Source of the DNA: Myxococcota bacterium | GTDB lineage: Bacteria > Myxococcota_A > UBA9042 > PHBI01 > JAWLBL01 | NCBI GenBank assembly: GCA_041687695.1 | Contig: JAWLBL010000003.1 | Coordinates: 23,660 to 87,659 of the forward strand | DNA: 64,000 nucleotides | Reading direction: 5' to 3' | Shown: positions 1 to 8,955 of the stretch, in pieces | Layout: each line of letters opens with the position of its first letter | Numbering within the stretch: the first letter of the stretch is position 1 | Made by a program: the position numbers and the translations under genes | Notes under the pieces: model-generated | Seen by the model: only the letters and a program-made list of their open reading frames with translations | What the model was told of the DNA's origin: nothing | Database searches by the model: none

Positions 1-378
1 TTGCCGCCGGGGCTTTGCCGCCGTCCTGGCGCAGCAAGCTGCGCCGGTTCGGGGCTCCGGCAAGCCGGAGCACTCCAAGGCCATCGTCGCCGGCACCCAA
101 ACGCGCTCCACAGCCGCCTGCGGCGGCGGGACGACAGCGCAGGCCGCGCGATGACGACGCTCCGGCCGTTCGCGCCGGCCTTGGCGGTGTCGCGACCTGC
201 CAACCGGAGTGCGCGAGCTTGCTCGCGCCCTGATGCCGGCGGCTTGCCGCCGGGGCTTTGCCGCCGTCCTGGCGCAGCAAGCTGCGCCGGTTCGGGGCTC
301 CGGCAAGCCGGAGCACTCCAAGGCCATCGTCGCCGGCACCCATACGCGCTCCAAACCCGCCTGCGGCGGCGGAACGAC
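1..378. repeat. 243-bp-period direct duplication carrying a REP-like multi-hairpin element
   Basis: Positions 1-99 are identical to 244-342 and similarity continues to about 135/378. The left copy is cut by the window edge. Confidence 0.9.
206..320 (+). repeat. REP-like palindromic element (four 8-bp hairpins inside a GGAGTGC/GCACTCC bracket)
   Basis: Stems at 211-228 (GCGCGAGC-TT-GCTCGCGC), 236-253, 271-288 and 297-314. Outer inverted repeat at 206-212/313-319. Confidence 0.8.
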
Positions 379-392
379 GGGGAGGTTCGCCA

Positions 393-1538
393 ATGAGCCT
401 CGCCTGGCCCGGGCCCGAGCCCACCGACGGAGGCGACGGCGAGCTGCTCTTGCTGGCCCTGCGCGCTCGGCGTGACGCCGCGCAGCAATCCCGGCTGCGC
501 GAGTTGCTCGACCGCCGCGGCCTGGACCCTGCGCTCACGCTGGCCCGCCGCAACAAGGTCGACGCCGCCGCCTCGGTCGGGTTCGCCGCCGCCCTGGGCG
601 ACGACACGCCGGCGTCCCTCCGCGGCGCCCTCGCCGCCAACGAGCGCCGGGTGCAGGCGCTCGTCGACGCCCTCTCCGAAGCCGCGCCCGACCTCGAAGC
701 GGCCGAGTGCCGCCCCACCGTCGTCGAGGCCGGGGGCGTCCTGCTGGCCACCGACCTGCCGCTGGCCGCCTTCGGCTCGGGCGATCTGGACGTGCTGGTC
801 GCCCGCGACCGCTTCGACGCCGCCCTCGCCGCCCTGGCCCGCCACGGCTTCCACCCCCGCAAGCCGCCGCCTCCCGGCGAGGCGCGCGCCGAGCTGATCC
901 GCGAGACCCTGCGCCTCGAGGTGCGCGCCGAGCCCTTCGAGCGCCGCTGGGCCGCCCCGCCCTGCAACGACCGCTCGGCCGTCTGGCTCGCGCGCCGCGT
1001 CCCCACCCCCCGCGCCCCGCGTCTCCACGTCCTGCGCCCCGAGGACGCGCTGGCCCTGGTCGCCATGCACACCGCCCTGCACACCTGGCTGCGTCCGCCC
1101 GGCCTGCGCCTGCACCTCGACGTCGACCGCCTGGCCCGCGACCTGCCGATCGACTGGCCCGCCGCCCAGGCCGAGATCCAGGCCCTGGGCGCCGCCACCC
1201 GCTGCTGGGCCTCGCTGGTCCTCGCCCGCGATCTGTTGGGCGCCCCCGTCCCCGCCCCGGTCCTCGACGCCCTCAGCCCGCCGCCCGCCCGCGCCCGCGC
1301 CCTGATGCGCGCCCTGGCCCGCGCCGGCCTGCTCGCGGACGGCCGCCCCAAGCTGCCCGGCTGGCGCGCCCTGGCCCTCGACGCCCTGGCCGACGACCGC
1401 TCGCCCCTGTCCTGGGCCGCCGCCCTCGCCCTGCCCGACGAGGCCTGGCTGCGGCTGCGCTTCGACCGCCCCGACGCCCCCGCGCCCCGCTGGCGCCTGC
1501 ACCTGCGCCGCCTCGGCGCCCTCCGGAGGCCCCAGTGA
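393..1538 (+). CDS. Nucleotidyltransferase family protein (NTP_transf_5-like)
   Basis: GGAGG RBS at 381-385 and ATG at 393. GSGDLDVLV (DxD) motif and PEDALALVAMH segment typical of this family. Located in a glycan locus. Confidence 0.7.
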   Translation: MSLAWPGPEPTDGGDGELLLLALRARRDAAQQSRLRELLDRRGLDPALTLARRNKVDAAASVGFAAALGDDTPASLRGALAANERRVQALVDALSEAAPDLEAAECRPTVVEAGGVLLATDLPLAAFGSGDLDVLVARDRFDAALAALARHGFHPRKPPPPGEARAELIRETLRLEVRAEPFERRWAAPPCNDRSAVWLARRVPTPRAPRLHVLRPEDALALVAMHTALHTWLRPPGLRLHLDVDRLARDLPIDWPAAQAEIQALGAATRCWASLVLARDLLGAPVPAPVLDALSPPPARARALMRALARAGLLADGRPKLPGWRALALDALADDRSPLSWAAALALPDEAWLRLRFDRPDAPAPRWRLHLRRLGALRRPQ

Positions 1539-3340
1539 TCCGCCGCCCCTGGCCCGCCCTCGAGATCCTGTCCTCGGTCGGCGGCGGCCCCATGGAGCGG
1601 CTCGCCGCCGCCCTGACCGCCCGCGGCCATGACGCCCGCGTCCGCTCGGCCATGCCCCCCGAGCGCTGGCGCCAGCTGATGAGCCAGGGCCGCAAGGCCC
1701 GCCTGCGCGCCCGCGCCGAGACCTTCCTCGCCTGGCCGCTGTCCGCCGCGCGCGCCGCCTGCCAGACCCAGGCCAACGTCCTGGTCCCCACCACCAACCC
1801 CTTCGTCCTGCCCTGGGCCCTGCTGGCCACCCGCCCGCTGCACGGCCGCCTGGTCGTCCCGCTGCTGTACGACATGTACCCCGACGCCCTCGAGGCCAGC
1901 GGCCTGGGGCGCGGCGCCGGCCTGGGCGGCCTCGCCTCGCGCCTGGCCGTCGCCGCCAACCGCTGGATGTTCCGCCGGGCCGACGGCGTGGTCTTCATCG
2001 GCAAGCGCATGGCCGAGGACGCCCGCGACCGCTACGGCGAGCCCGCCGCCTGGACCGTGCTCGAGACCGGCGCCGACCCGGCCGAGTTCGCCTCGGCCGC
2101 CCTGGGCGACCCCGCCCCGCGCAGCGATCTCGAGCGCTGGTGCGACGGCAAGCTGGTCGTCAGCTACGTCGGCAACCTGGGCCTGATGCACGACGTCGAC
2201 ACCCTGCGCGACGCCGTCCGCGCCCTGGTCGCCGACCCGGCGGTCCCCCAGCGCCTGGCCTTCGTGATCGCCGCCTCGGGCCCCGGGCTCGACGTCCTGA
2301 AGCAGGCCTGGGCCGATCTGCCCCCCGACCGCGTCCGCTTCGAGGCCCCGCTCGACGACCTCAGCTGGGCCCGTCTCCTGGCCCGCTCGGCCGTGACCGT
2401 CGCCACCCTGCGCGAGTCGGCCAAGCGCACCTGCGTCCCCTCCAAGGCCTTCAGCGGCCTGGCCGCCAGCGCCGCCCTGGCCGTCGTCGCCCCGCGCGAC
2501 TCCGACGTCGCCGAGCTGGCCCGCAAGGCCGGCGGCTTCGCGGTCGAGCCCGGGGACGCCGACGGCTTCGCCCAGCGCCTGGCCGACTGGGCCCGCGACC
2601 CGGGCGCCCTGGACCAGGCGCGCATCGAGGCCCGCGCGGCCGCCGACCGCTTCGCCATGGACGCCCTGGCCGGCCGCTGGGTCGACTTCCTGCGCGAGGT
2701 GCGCGCCCGCCGCTCCGCCACCCGCCGCCCCGGCCGGGCCAAGCGCGCCCTGGATCTGCTCGCCGCCTCGGCCGGCCTGGCCCTGACCGCGCCGCTGCTG
2801 GCCGGCGCCGCCCTCGGCGTCCGCCTGACCATGGGCGCGCCGGTGCTCTTCGGCCAGGACCGCCCGGGCCTGCGCGGCCAGGTCTTCAAGCTGAAGAAGT
2901 TCCGCACCATGCGCCACCCGCGCCCCGGGGAAGAGGGCCCCGAGCACGACGCTGCCCGCCTGACCCGCTTCGGGCGCCTCTTGCGCGCGACCAGCGTCGA
3001 CGAGCTGCCGACGCTGCTCAACGTCCTGCGCGGCGACATGAGCCTGGTCGGCCCGCGCCCGCTGCTGGTCCGCTACCTGCCGCGCTACTCGCCCGGGCAG
3101 GCCCGCCGCCACGACGTGCAGCCCGGCGTGACCGGCTGGGCCCAGGTCACCGGCCGCAACGCGACCACCTGGGACGCGCGCTTCGAGCAGGACCTGTGGT
3201 ACGTCGACCACCAGACCTTCCTGCTGGATCTGAAGATCCTGGTCCTCACCGTCCTCAAGGTGGTCCGCCGCGAGGGCATCAGCCAGGAGGGCCACGCGAC
3301 GATGCCAGAGTTCACCGGCCAGGAGGCCGACAATGTCTGA
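1535..3340 (+). CDS. Fusion: GT4 glycosyltransferase + PglC-like monotopic phosphoglycosyl (sugar) transferase
   Basis: GTG overlaps the upstream TGA (GTGA). N-terminal part has TNPF, YDMYPD, YVGNLGLMHD and PSKAF (GT4). C-terminal part has KRALD, KFRTM, DELPTLLNVLRGDMSLVGPRP and PGVTGWAQV (Bac_transf). Confidence 0.85.
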   Translation: MIRRPWPALEILSSVGGGPMERLAAALTARGHDARVRSAMPPERWRQLMSQGRKARLRARAETFLAWPLSAARAACQTQANVLVPTTNPFVLPWALLATRPLHGRLVVPLLYDMYPDALEASGLGRGAGLGGLASRLAVAANRWMFRRADGVVFIGKRMAEDARDRYGEPAAWTVLETGADPAEFASAALGDPAPRSDLERWCDGKLVVSYVGNLGLMHDVDTLRDAVRALVADPAVPQRLAFVIAASGPGLDVLKQAWADLPPDRVRFEAPLDDLSWARLLARSAVTVATLRESAKRTCVPSKAFSGLAASAALAVVAPRDSDVAELARKAGGFAVEPGDADGFAQRLADWARDPGALDQARIEARAAADRFAMDALAGRWVDFLREVRARRSATRRPGRAKRALDLLAASAGLALTAPLLAGAALGVRLTMGAPVLFGQDRPGLRGQVFKLKKFRTMRHPRPGEEGPEHDAARLTRFGRLLRATSVDELPTLLNVLRGDMSLVGPRPLLVRYLPRYSPGQARRHDVQPGVTGWAQVTGRNATTWDARFEQDLWYVDHQTFLLDLKILVLTVLKVVRREGISQEGHATMPEFTGQEADNV

Positions 3341-4370
3341 GCCGGCGACTGACCGGGCTGATCCCGACCTCAACGTCCTCATCTCTTCGGCCGGCCGCCG
3401 GGTCGCGCTGATGGACGCCTTCCGCGGCGCCCTGGGCCGCCTGGACCTGCCGGGCGCCGTCCTGGCCGCCGACGCCTCGCGCCTGTCGGCCGGCTTCCAC
3501 CACGCCGACCGCGCCTACCAGGTCCCGCGCTGCCTCGCCCCCGAGTTCGTGCCCTTCATGCTCGACCTCTGCCGCCGCGAGCGCGTGCGCCTGCTCGTCC
3601 CCACCCTGGACACCGAGCTGCCCGTCTACGCCGCCCACCGCGCCGAGTTCGAGGCCCTGGGCACCACCGTCGCCATCTCGTCGCCCGACACCATCCGCAT
3701 CGGCGCCGACAAGGTCGCGACCCACCAGTGGCTGGTCGCCGCCGGCCTGCCCACCGTCCGCCAGACCACCCCCGACCAGGTGCTGGCCCACCCCGACGCC
3801 TGGCCGATGCCGCTCATCGCCAAGCCCATCGGCGGCAGCTCGTCCATCGGCGTCGCCGTCGTCCGCTCGCTCGAGCAGCTCGAGGTCGCCACCGCCGCCG
3901 GCGGCTACATCGTCCAGACCCTGGCCCCTGGCCGCGAGGTCACCGTCGACACCTTCGTCGATCGCCAGGGCCGCGCCCTGTGCGCCGTCCCGCGCCGCCG
4001 GCTCGAGGTGCGCCACGGCGAGATCAGCAAGGGCGTCACCGTGCGCCACGCCGGCCTCGAGGACCTGGCCAAGCGCACCTGCGAGGCGCTGCCCGGCGCC
4101 TACGGCGTGCTGAACGTCCAGATCTTCTGGGACCCGGCCACCGACGCCATGAACATCATAGAGGTGAACCCCCGCTTCGGCGGCGGCTACCCGCTGGCCC
4201 ACGAGGCGGGCGCCCGCTACGCCGACTGGCTGGTCGCCCAGGTCGCCGGCCTGCCGCTGCCCGACGACCCGGCGGTCTGGCGCGACGGGCTGGTGATGCT
4301 GCGCTACGACGCCGCGGTCTTCGTCGACCGCCAGGGCGCCGCGCTGGCCCCCGGGGACGAGTGGCGATGA
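3333..4370 (+). CDS. ATP-grasp domain protein (CarB-like, polysaccharide-locus type)
   Basis: SSAGRR, PTLDTEL, DK, KPIGGSSSIG, EVTVD and IEVNPRFGGGYP motifs. Confidence 0.85.
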   Translation: MSEPATDRADPDLNVLISSAGRRVALMDAFRGALGRLDLPGAVLAADASRLSAGFHHADRAYQVPRCLAPEFVPFMLDLCRRERVRLLVPTLDTELPVYAAHRAEFEALGTTVAISSPDTIRIGADKVATHQWLVAAGLPTVRQTTPDQVLAHPDAWPMPLIAKPIGGSSSIGVAVVRSLEQLEVATAAGGYIVQTLAPGREVTVDTFVDRQGRALCAVPRRRLEVRHGEISKGVTVRHAGLEDLAKRTCEALPGAYGVLNVQIFWDPATDAMNIIEVNPRFGGGYPLAHEAGARYADWLVAQVAGLPLPDDPAVWRDGLVMLRYDAAVFVDRQGAALAPGDEWR

Positions 4371-5506
4371 GCGAGCGCCTCTGGCTCAGCCCGCCGCACA
4401 TGGGCCCGGACGAGCGACAGCTGCTGATCGAGGCCTTCGACTCGAACTGGATCGCCCCGCTGGGTCCCCACGTCGACGCCTTCGAGCGCGAGATCGCCCA
4501 GCGCTGCGGCGTCGCCCACGCGGCGGCCACCTCCAGCGGCACCGCGGCCCTGCACCTGGCGCTGGTGATGCTGGGCGTCGGCCCCGGCGACGAGGTCGTC
4601 GCGCCCACGCTGACCTTCTCGGCGACCGTGAACCCCATCGTCTACCAGGGCGCGACGCCGGTGCTGCTCGACAGCGAGCGGGCGACCTGGAACCTGGACC
4701 CCAACCTGCTCGAGGACGAGCTGCGCGCCGCCGACGCCCGGGGCAAGCGGCCCAAGGCCGTCATCAGCGTCGATCTGTACGGCCAGTGCGCCGACTACGA
4801 CGCCATCGTCCCGCTGTGCCAGCGCTACGGCGTTCCGCTGGTCGAGGACGCCGCCGAGGCCCTGGGCGCCAGCTGGGCCGGCCGACCCGCCGGCTCTTTT
4901 GGACGGATGGCCGCGCTGTCCTTCAACGGCAACAAGATCATCACCACCAGCGGCGGCGGGATGCTGCTGTCCGACGAGGCCGATCTCACCGAACGGGCGC
5001 GCTTTCTGGCCACCCAGGCCCGCGACCCGGCGCCGCACTACCAGCACAGCGCCATCGGCTACAACTACCGCCTGTCGAACCTGCTGGCCGCCGTCGGACG
5101 CGGGCAGCTGCGGGTGCTGGACGACCGCGTGGCCGCCCGCCGCGCCCACTTCCGGGCCTACACCCAGGCGTTGGGCGCTCTGCCCGGCGTCGCGATGATG
5201 CCCCACGACCCGCGCGGCGAGCCGAACGCCTGGCTCAGCTGCCTCACCATCGACCCGGCGGCGCTGGGCACCGACCGCGAGGCCATCCGTCTGCACCTCA
5301 TGGCCGCCGACATCGAGTCGCGCCCGGTCTGGAAGCCCATGCACCTGCAGCCGGTCTTCGCGGGCTGCCGGATCCGCGGCGGCGCCGTCAGCGAGCAGCT
5401 CTTCCGCGACGGCCTGTGCCTGCCCAGCGGCTCCAGCATGACGGCCGCGCAGCGCGAGCGGGTGGTCCGAACCTTCCTCGAGGCGGTCCCGGACGCGCCG
5501 GGCTGA
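4367..5506 (+). CDS. DegT/DnrJ/EryC1/StrS PLP-dependent sugar aminotransferase (PglE-like)
   Basis: ATGA overlap. LSPPHM, SNWIAPLGP, SSGTAALHL, EDAAEALG, SFNGNKIITTSGGG (PLP lysine) and CLPSGS motifs. Confidence 0.92.
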   Translation: MSERLWLSPPHMGPDERQLLIEAFDSNWIAPLGPHVDAFEREIAQRCGVAHAAATSSGTAALHLALVMLGVGPGDEVVAPTLTFSATVNPIVYQGATPVLLDSERATWNLDPNLLEDELRAADARGKRPKAVISVDLYGQCADYDAIVPLCQRYGVPLVEDAAEALGASWAGRPAGSFGRMAALSFNGNKIITTSGGGMLLSDEADLTERARFLATQARDPAPHYQHSAIGYNYRLSNLLAAVGRGQLRVLDDRVAARRAHFRAYTQALGALPGVAMMPHDPRGEPNAWLSCLTIDPAALGTDREAIRLHLMAADIESRPVWKPMHLQPVFAGCRIRGGAVSEQLFRDGLCLPSGSSMTAAQRERVVRTFLEAVPDAPG

Positions 5507-5562
5507 CCCGAAACCCGGGCGATCCGACTTCCTGGAAGCTCCCTCGGGGTTTCCAGGCCCCG

Positions 5563-5698
5563 GAAAGTCGGGGGAAGTCTCGGGAAAGTCCGAGGGAGCA
5601 TCGGGAAAGTCGACGAAAGTCATCCCGAAAGTCCGAGGGAGCATCGGGAAAGTCGACGAAAGTCATCCCGAAAGTCCGAGGGAGCATCGGGAAAGTCG
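5563..5698. repeat. Intergenic tandem repeat: 43-bp unit x ~2.7 with phased GAAAGTC motifs
   Basis: Unit GAAAGTCCGAGGGAGCATCGGGAAAGTCGACGAAAGTCATCCC starts at 5584, 5627 and 5670 (partial). Extra motif copies at 5563 and 5573. Confidence 0.9.
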
Positions 5699-5928
5699 GT
5701 CCGGGGGACTTTCGGCCCTCGCGGCGTGCCCCGGGGGACATCGACGCGAACAGGTCGCACAACTCCATGCGATCGCAGGAATTTTTCTGAAGATGCCATG
5801 CCCTGACATGGACAGGGCGCCCGGCGAGCCGTAGAAATCGTGCCCGGAGCTTGGCAGCGCGGGGCTGCCGATCCTCGGCGGACCCGTCCGTCCGATCACT
5901 TTCGCTCGCCCGGACAACGAAGCCTTCC

Positions 5929-7890
5929 GTGAGCCGCCTCGCCGCCAGAACCGCGCAGCACCTCATCGACCTGGGGATCCTGGCCTTCGCCTTCGCGCTG
6001 GCCTTCGCCTTCCGCTTCGACGGCCTGCCCTCGGGGCAGATGCTCAAGCGCCTGCTGTTTCTGTGGCCCTACGCGGTGCTGCTGCAGGTCGTGGTGCTGC
6101 ACCTGTTCGGCGTACCGCGCTTCGCCTGGCGCTACGTCGGCCTGCGAGAGGTCCAGCGCATCGCCACGGCGGTCGCGGCCTCGTCGGCCGTGTTCCTGGT
6201 GGCGCGCTACGTCTCGGGGGCGGTCCTGCCGACCTGGCCGGGCGCGCAGTACGCGCTGATCCCGACCAGCGTCATCCTGATCGACGGCGGCCTCGCCTTC
6301 ATGGGCATCGCTGGCGTGCGGGTGCTGCGGCGCCTGTGGGCCGAGCGCACCGGGACGCGCCCGAGCGACGCCGAGCCGGCGGCCGAGGTCCGCACCCTGC
6401 TGGTCGGCGCCGGCAGCGCGGGGGTGCAGGTCGCGCGCGAGATCGCCAAGAGCCGCCTGGGCATGAAGGCGGTCGGCTTCGTCGACGACGACCCCTTCAA
6501 GCTGGGCACGGTCATCCACGGCCTGCCGGTCCTGGGCACCACGGCCGATCTGGTCCCGCTGGCGGCGCGCCACGAGGCCCAGCAGGTCCTCATCACCATC
6601 GCCAGCGCCTCCGGCCGCGACATCCGCCGCATCGTGCAGCTGTGCGACGCCGCGGGCCTGACGGCCAAGATCATCCCGGGCATCAGCGAGATCCTGGACG
6701 GCCGCGTCAACCTGTCGCGCATCCGAGAGGTCTCCATCGAGGATCTGCTGGGCCGCGACACGGTGCACCTCGAAGAGGAGGTCGTGCAGCGGTTCCTGCA
6801 CGGCCGGCGGGTCATGGTGACCGGCGCCGGCGGCTCCATCGGCAGCGAGCTGTGCCGGCAGGTCGCGCGCCTCGGCCCGGCGACGCTGCTGCTGGTCGAG
6901 CGCTCCGAGCCGTCGCTGTTCGAGATCGACAGCGAGCTGCGCCGCGACTACCCGGGCCTCGACGTCCGGCCGCTGCTGTGCGACGTCGCCGACGCCGAGC
7001 GGGTCGACGCGGTGTTCGCCGACGAGCGCCCGCACGTGGTCTTCCACGCCGCCGCCCACAAGCACGTCCCCATGATGGAGCGCAACCCGGGCGAGGCGGT
7101 GAAGAACAACGTCTTCGGCACCCGCACCCTGGCCGACGCCGCCGACCGCCACGGGGCCGAGGCCTTCGTCATGGTCTCGACCGACAAGGCGGTCAACCCG
7201 ACCTCGGTGATGGGCGCGACCAAGCGCTGCGCCGAGATCTACACCCAGGCGCTGGGGCAGCGGTCGAAGACCAAGTTCGTCGCGGTGCGCTTCGGCAACG
7301 TGCTGGGCTCGGCCGGGTCGGTCATCCCCATCTTCAAGCGGCAGATCGCCGCCGGCGGCCCGGTGATGGTCACCCACCCCGAGATGCGCCGCTACTTCAT
7401 GACCATCCCCGAGGCCAGCCAGCTGGTGCTGCAGGCCGGCGCGATGGGGCACGGCGGCGAGATCTTCGTGCTCGACATGGGCGAGCCGGTCCGCATCGTC
7501 GATCTGGCCCGCGACCTCATCAAGCTCAGCGGCTTCGAGCCCGACGTCGACATCCGCATCGCCTTCTCCGGCGCCCGCCCCGGCGAGAAGCTCTTCGAGG
7601 AGCTGGGCTTCGACGCCGAGAAGATGGACAAGACCCGCCACCCGATGATCTACACGGGCCGCCTGACCCCCTACGCCTGGCCCGAGGTCGAGCGCGGCGT
7701 CGCCGCCCTGCAGGCCGCCCTGGTCCTGCCCACCCGCGACAACGTCCGCGTCGCCCTGCGCGCCATGGTCCCCGAGATGCAGGACGACGTCCTGATGGCG
7801 CAGGTCAAACCCGGCGTCCCACCCGTCGTCACCGCCCCGGCCCTGGACCCCGTCTCCCCCGACCTCGCCCTGGCCGTCCCGCGCTCCTGA
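5929..7890 (+). CDS. Membrane-anchored nucleoside-diphosphate sugar 4,6-dehydratase (PglF/CapD/WbpM-like)
   Basis: N-terminal TM helices, GAGSAG, IEDLLGR, VTGAGGSIGSEL, HAAAHKHVP, STDKAVNPTSVMGATKR, VRFGNVLGS and RPGEKL. Start uncertain (GTG 5929; ORF open from 5851). Confidence 0.92.
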   Translation: MSRLAARTAQHLIDLGILAFAFALAFAFRFDGLPSGQMLKRLLFLWPYAVLLQVVVLHLFGVPRFAWRYVGLREVQRIATAVAASSAVFLVARYVSGAVLPTWPGAQYALIPTSVILIDGGLAFMGIAGVRVLRRLWAERTGTRPSDAEPAAEVRTLLVGAGSAGVQVAREIAKSRLGMKAVGFVDDDPFKLGTVIHGLPVLGTTADLVPLAARHEAQQVLITIASASGRDIRRIVQLCDAAGLTAKIIPGISEILDGRVNLSRIREVSIEDLLGRDTVHLEEEVVQRFLHGRRVMVTGAGGSIGSELCRQVARLGPATLLLVERSEPSLFEIDSELRRDYPGLDVRPLLCDVADAERVDAVFADERPHVVFHAAAHKHVPMMERNPGEAVKNNVFGTRTLADAADRHGAEAFVMVSTDKAVNPTSVMGATKRCAEIYTQALGQRSKTKFVAVRFGNVLGSAGSVIPIFKRQIAAGGPVMVTHPEMRRYFMTIPEASQLVLQAGAMGHGGEIFVLDMGEPVRIVDLARDLIKLSGFEPDVDIRIAFSGARPGEKLFEELGFDAEKMDKTRHPMIYTGRLTPYAWPEVERGVAALQAALVLPTRDNVRVALRAMVPEMQDDVLMAQVKPGVPPVVTAPALDPVSPDLALAVPRS

Positions 7891-7935
7891 CCATCCCCAG
7901 CAGGCCGAAGGCGACGAGCGGCCATCGACTGGCGG

Positions 7936-8473
7936 TCAGTCCTCCGCGAAAGCGGCGCGAATCACGTCAATCGGCAGGAACATCCGTCTGGGCCACGATT
8001 CGGCGTTCACGGTCACGACGTCGTATCTTGCGTAGAACGTCTCAGCCGCGTCGTCCTTGGCGTCCACGACGACGCCCAGGCACGCGATGAGCTTCGAGGC
8101 CTCGAGGCAGCGCCCGAGGGCGGCGAGAAGGAGCGTTTCACCCAGGCGACGCCCGCGCGCGCTCGTCCACTGCCAGTCGCCCGATGAGCGCGACGGGCAG
8201 CGGATAACGTGGCAGCCGTCTGGAGAGGGCCGAGGCCGCAGCTCGGGAGGAGACCGCTGCCATGTTCAGCGTGTAGAAGCCCAGGACGGCTGGGAGCCCC
8301 GCATCAGTGTCTGCAGGCGACGCCGCGAGGACGTAGGCACGCCCGATGTCGCCGCGATCGTTGGCGAGCGCGTGACGTTCGAAGTAGTCGTCGAGAGGCC
8401 GCGTCCCACTTCGGAATCCGCACGAGGGATCAGCAGGCTGAATGGGGCGGATCCGTGGCGGCGCGTCGCTCAT
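7936..8473 (-). pseudogene. GNAT-family toxin (TacT/AtaT-like), frameshifted near 8155
   Basis: FRSGTRPLDDYF, GFYTL and PRYPLPVALIGRLAVDERAR, then a shifted frame continues RRLGETLL...VVVDAKDDAAETFY...RMFLPI to a stop at 7936. ATGA-coupled to the antitoxin. Confidence 0.85.
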
Positions 8474-8814
8474 CGGCCATGGCGCTTCGCTGCGGCGCGC
8501 AGACGCGCGCCGGGCTTGGCGGACGCGTCGAGCAACGCTCGCATCTTCTCTAGCGCCGTATCTGGCAGCGCGAGCTTCTGAGACGACAGCGCCCATTCGA
8601 GCGTCGTCAGCGTCGGCGTCGTCAGCTCACACACGTTCTGAGCGCCGCTCGCGTCCTGCGTGACGAGCCGGCGTCCCTGTCGGATCTCGAGCACGGCCTT
8701 GAGGAACAGGGACAAGGCCTCGTCGATGATCTGGCTGCGGCTCAACCCGAGCTGGTCCGCGAGCTCCTGAACCGCGGCGCCTCGACTGTCCGGAACGGTG
8801 GCTTCCAATCGCAT
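8470..8814 (-). CDS. Ribbon-helix-helix / DUF1778-like antitoxin
   Basis: AGGAGG RBS. LADQLGLSRSQIIDEAL (RHH) and a C-terminal LLDASAKPGARLRAA resembling the TacA/AtaR tail. Directly upstream of the GNAT toxin. Confidence 0.75.
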   Translation of the reverse strand: MRLEATVPDSRGAAVQELADQLGLSRSQIIDEALSLFLKAVLEIRQGRRLVTQDASGAQNVCELTTPTLTTLEWALSSQKLALPDTALEKMRALLDASAKPGARLRAAAKRHGR

Positions 8815-8955
8815 GGCTCACCTCCTTCCCTCAAAACTGAGGGTTCATGGAGTGAGTGTTAGCGACTGAGGGGCTCCCTGGCAAGCCCCGGGCGCACGGA
8901 CTGGACCCCGTCCCCGGCGACCTGGCGCTGGCCGTCCCGCGCTCCTGAGTGAAGC

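Larger units (their letters stand above)
7843..8948. mobile_element. Putative integrated islet (TA module) flanked by 48-bp imperfect direct repeats
   Basis: 7843-7890 and 8901-8948 match at 43 of 48 positions, with the last 21 bp identical. The interior is visibly less GC-rich. No integrase inside. Confidence 0.65.

Noticed and set aside
1..396. Short ORFs over the left-edge duplication
   Set aside because: They translate the palindromic repeat and show no protein motifs.
5584..5698. 43-bp repeats as a CRISPR array
   Set aside because: The units are head-to-tail with no unique spacers, and there are no cas genes in the window.
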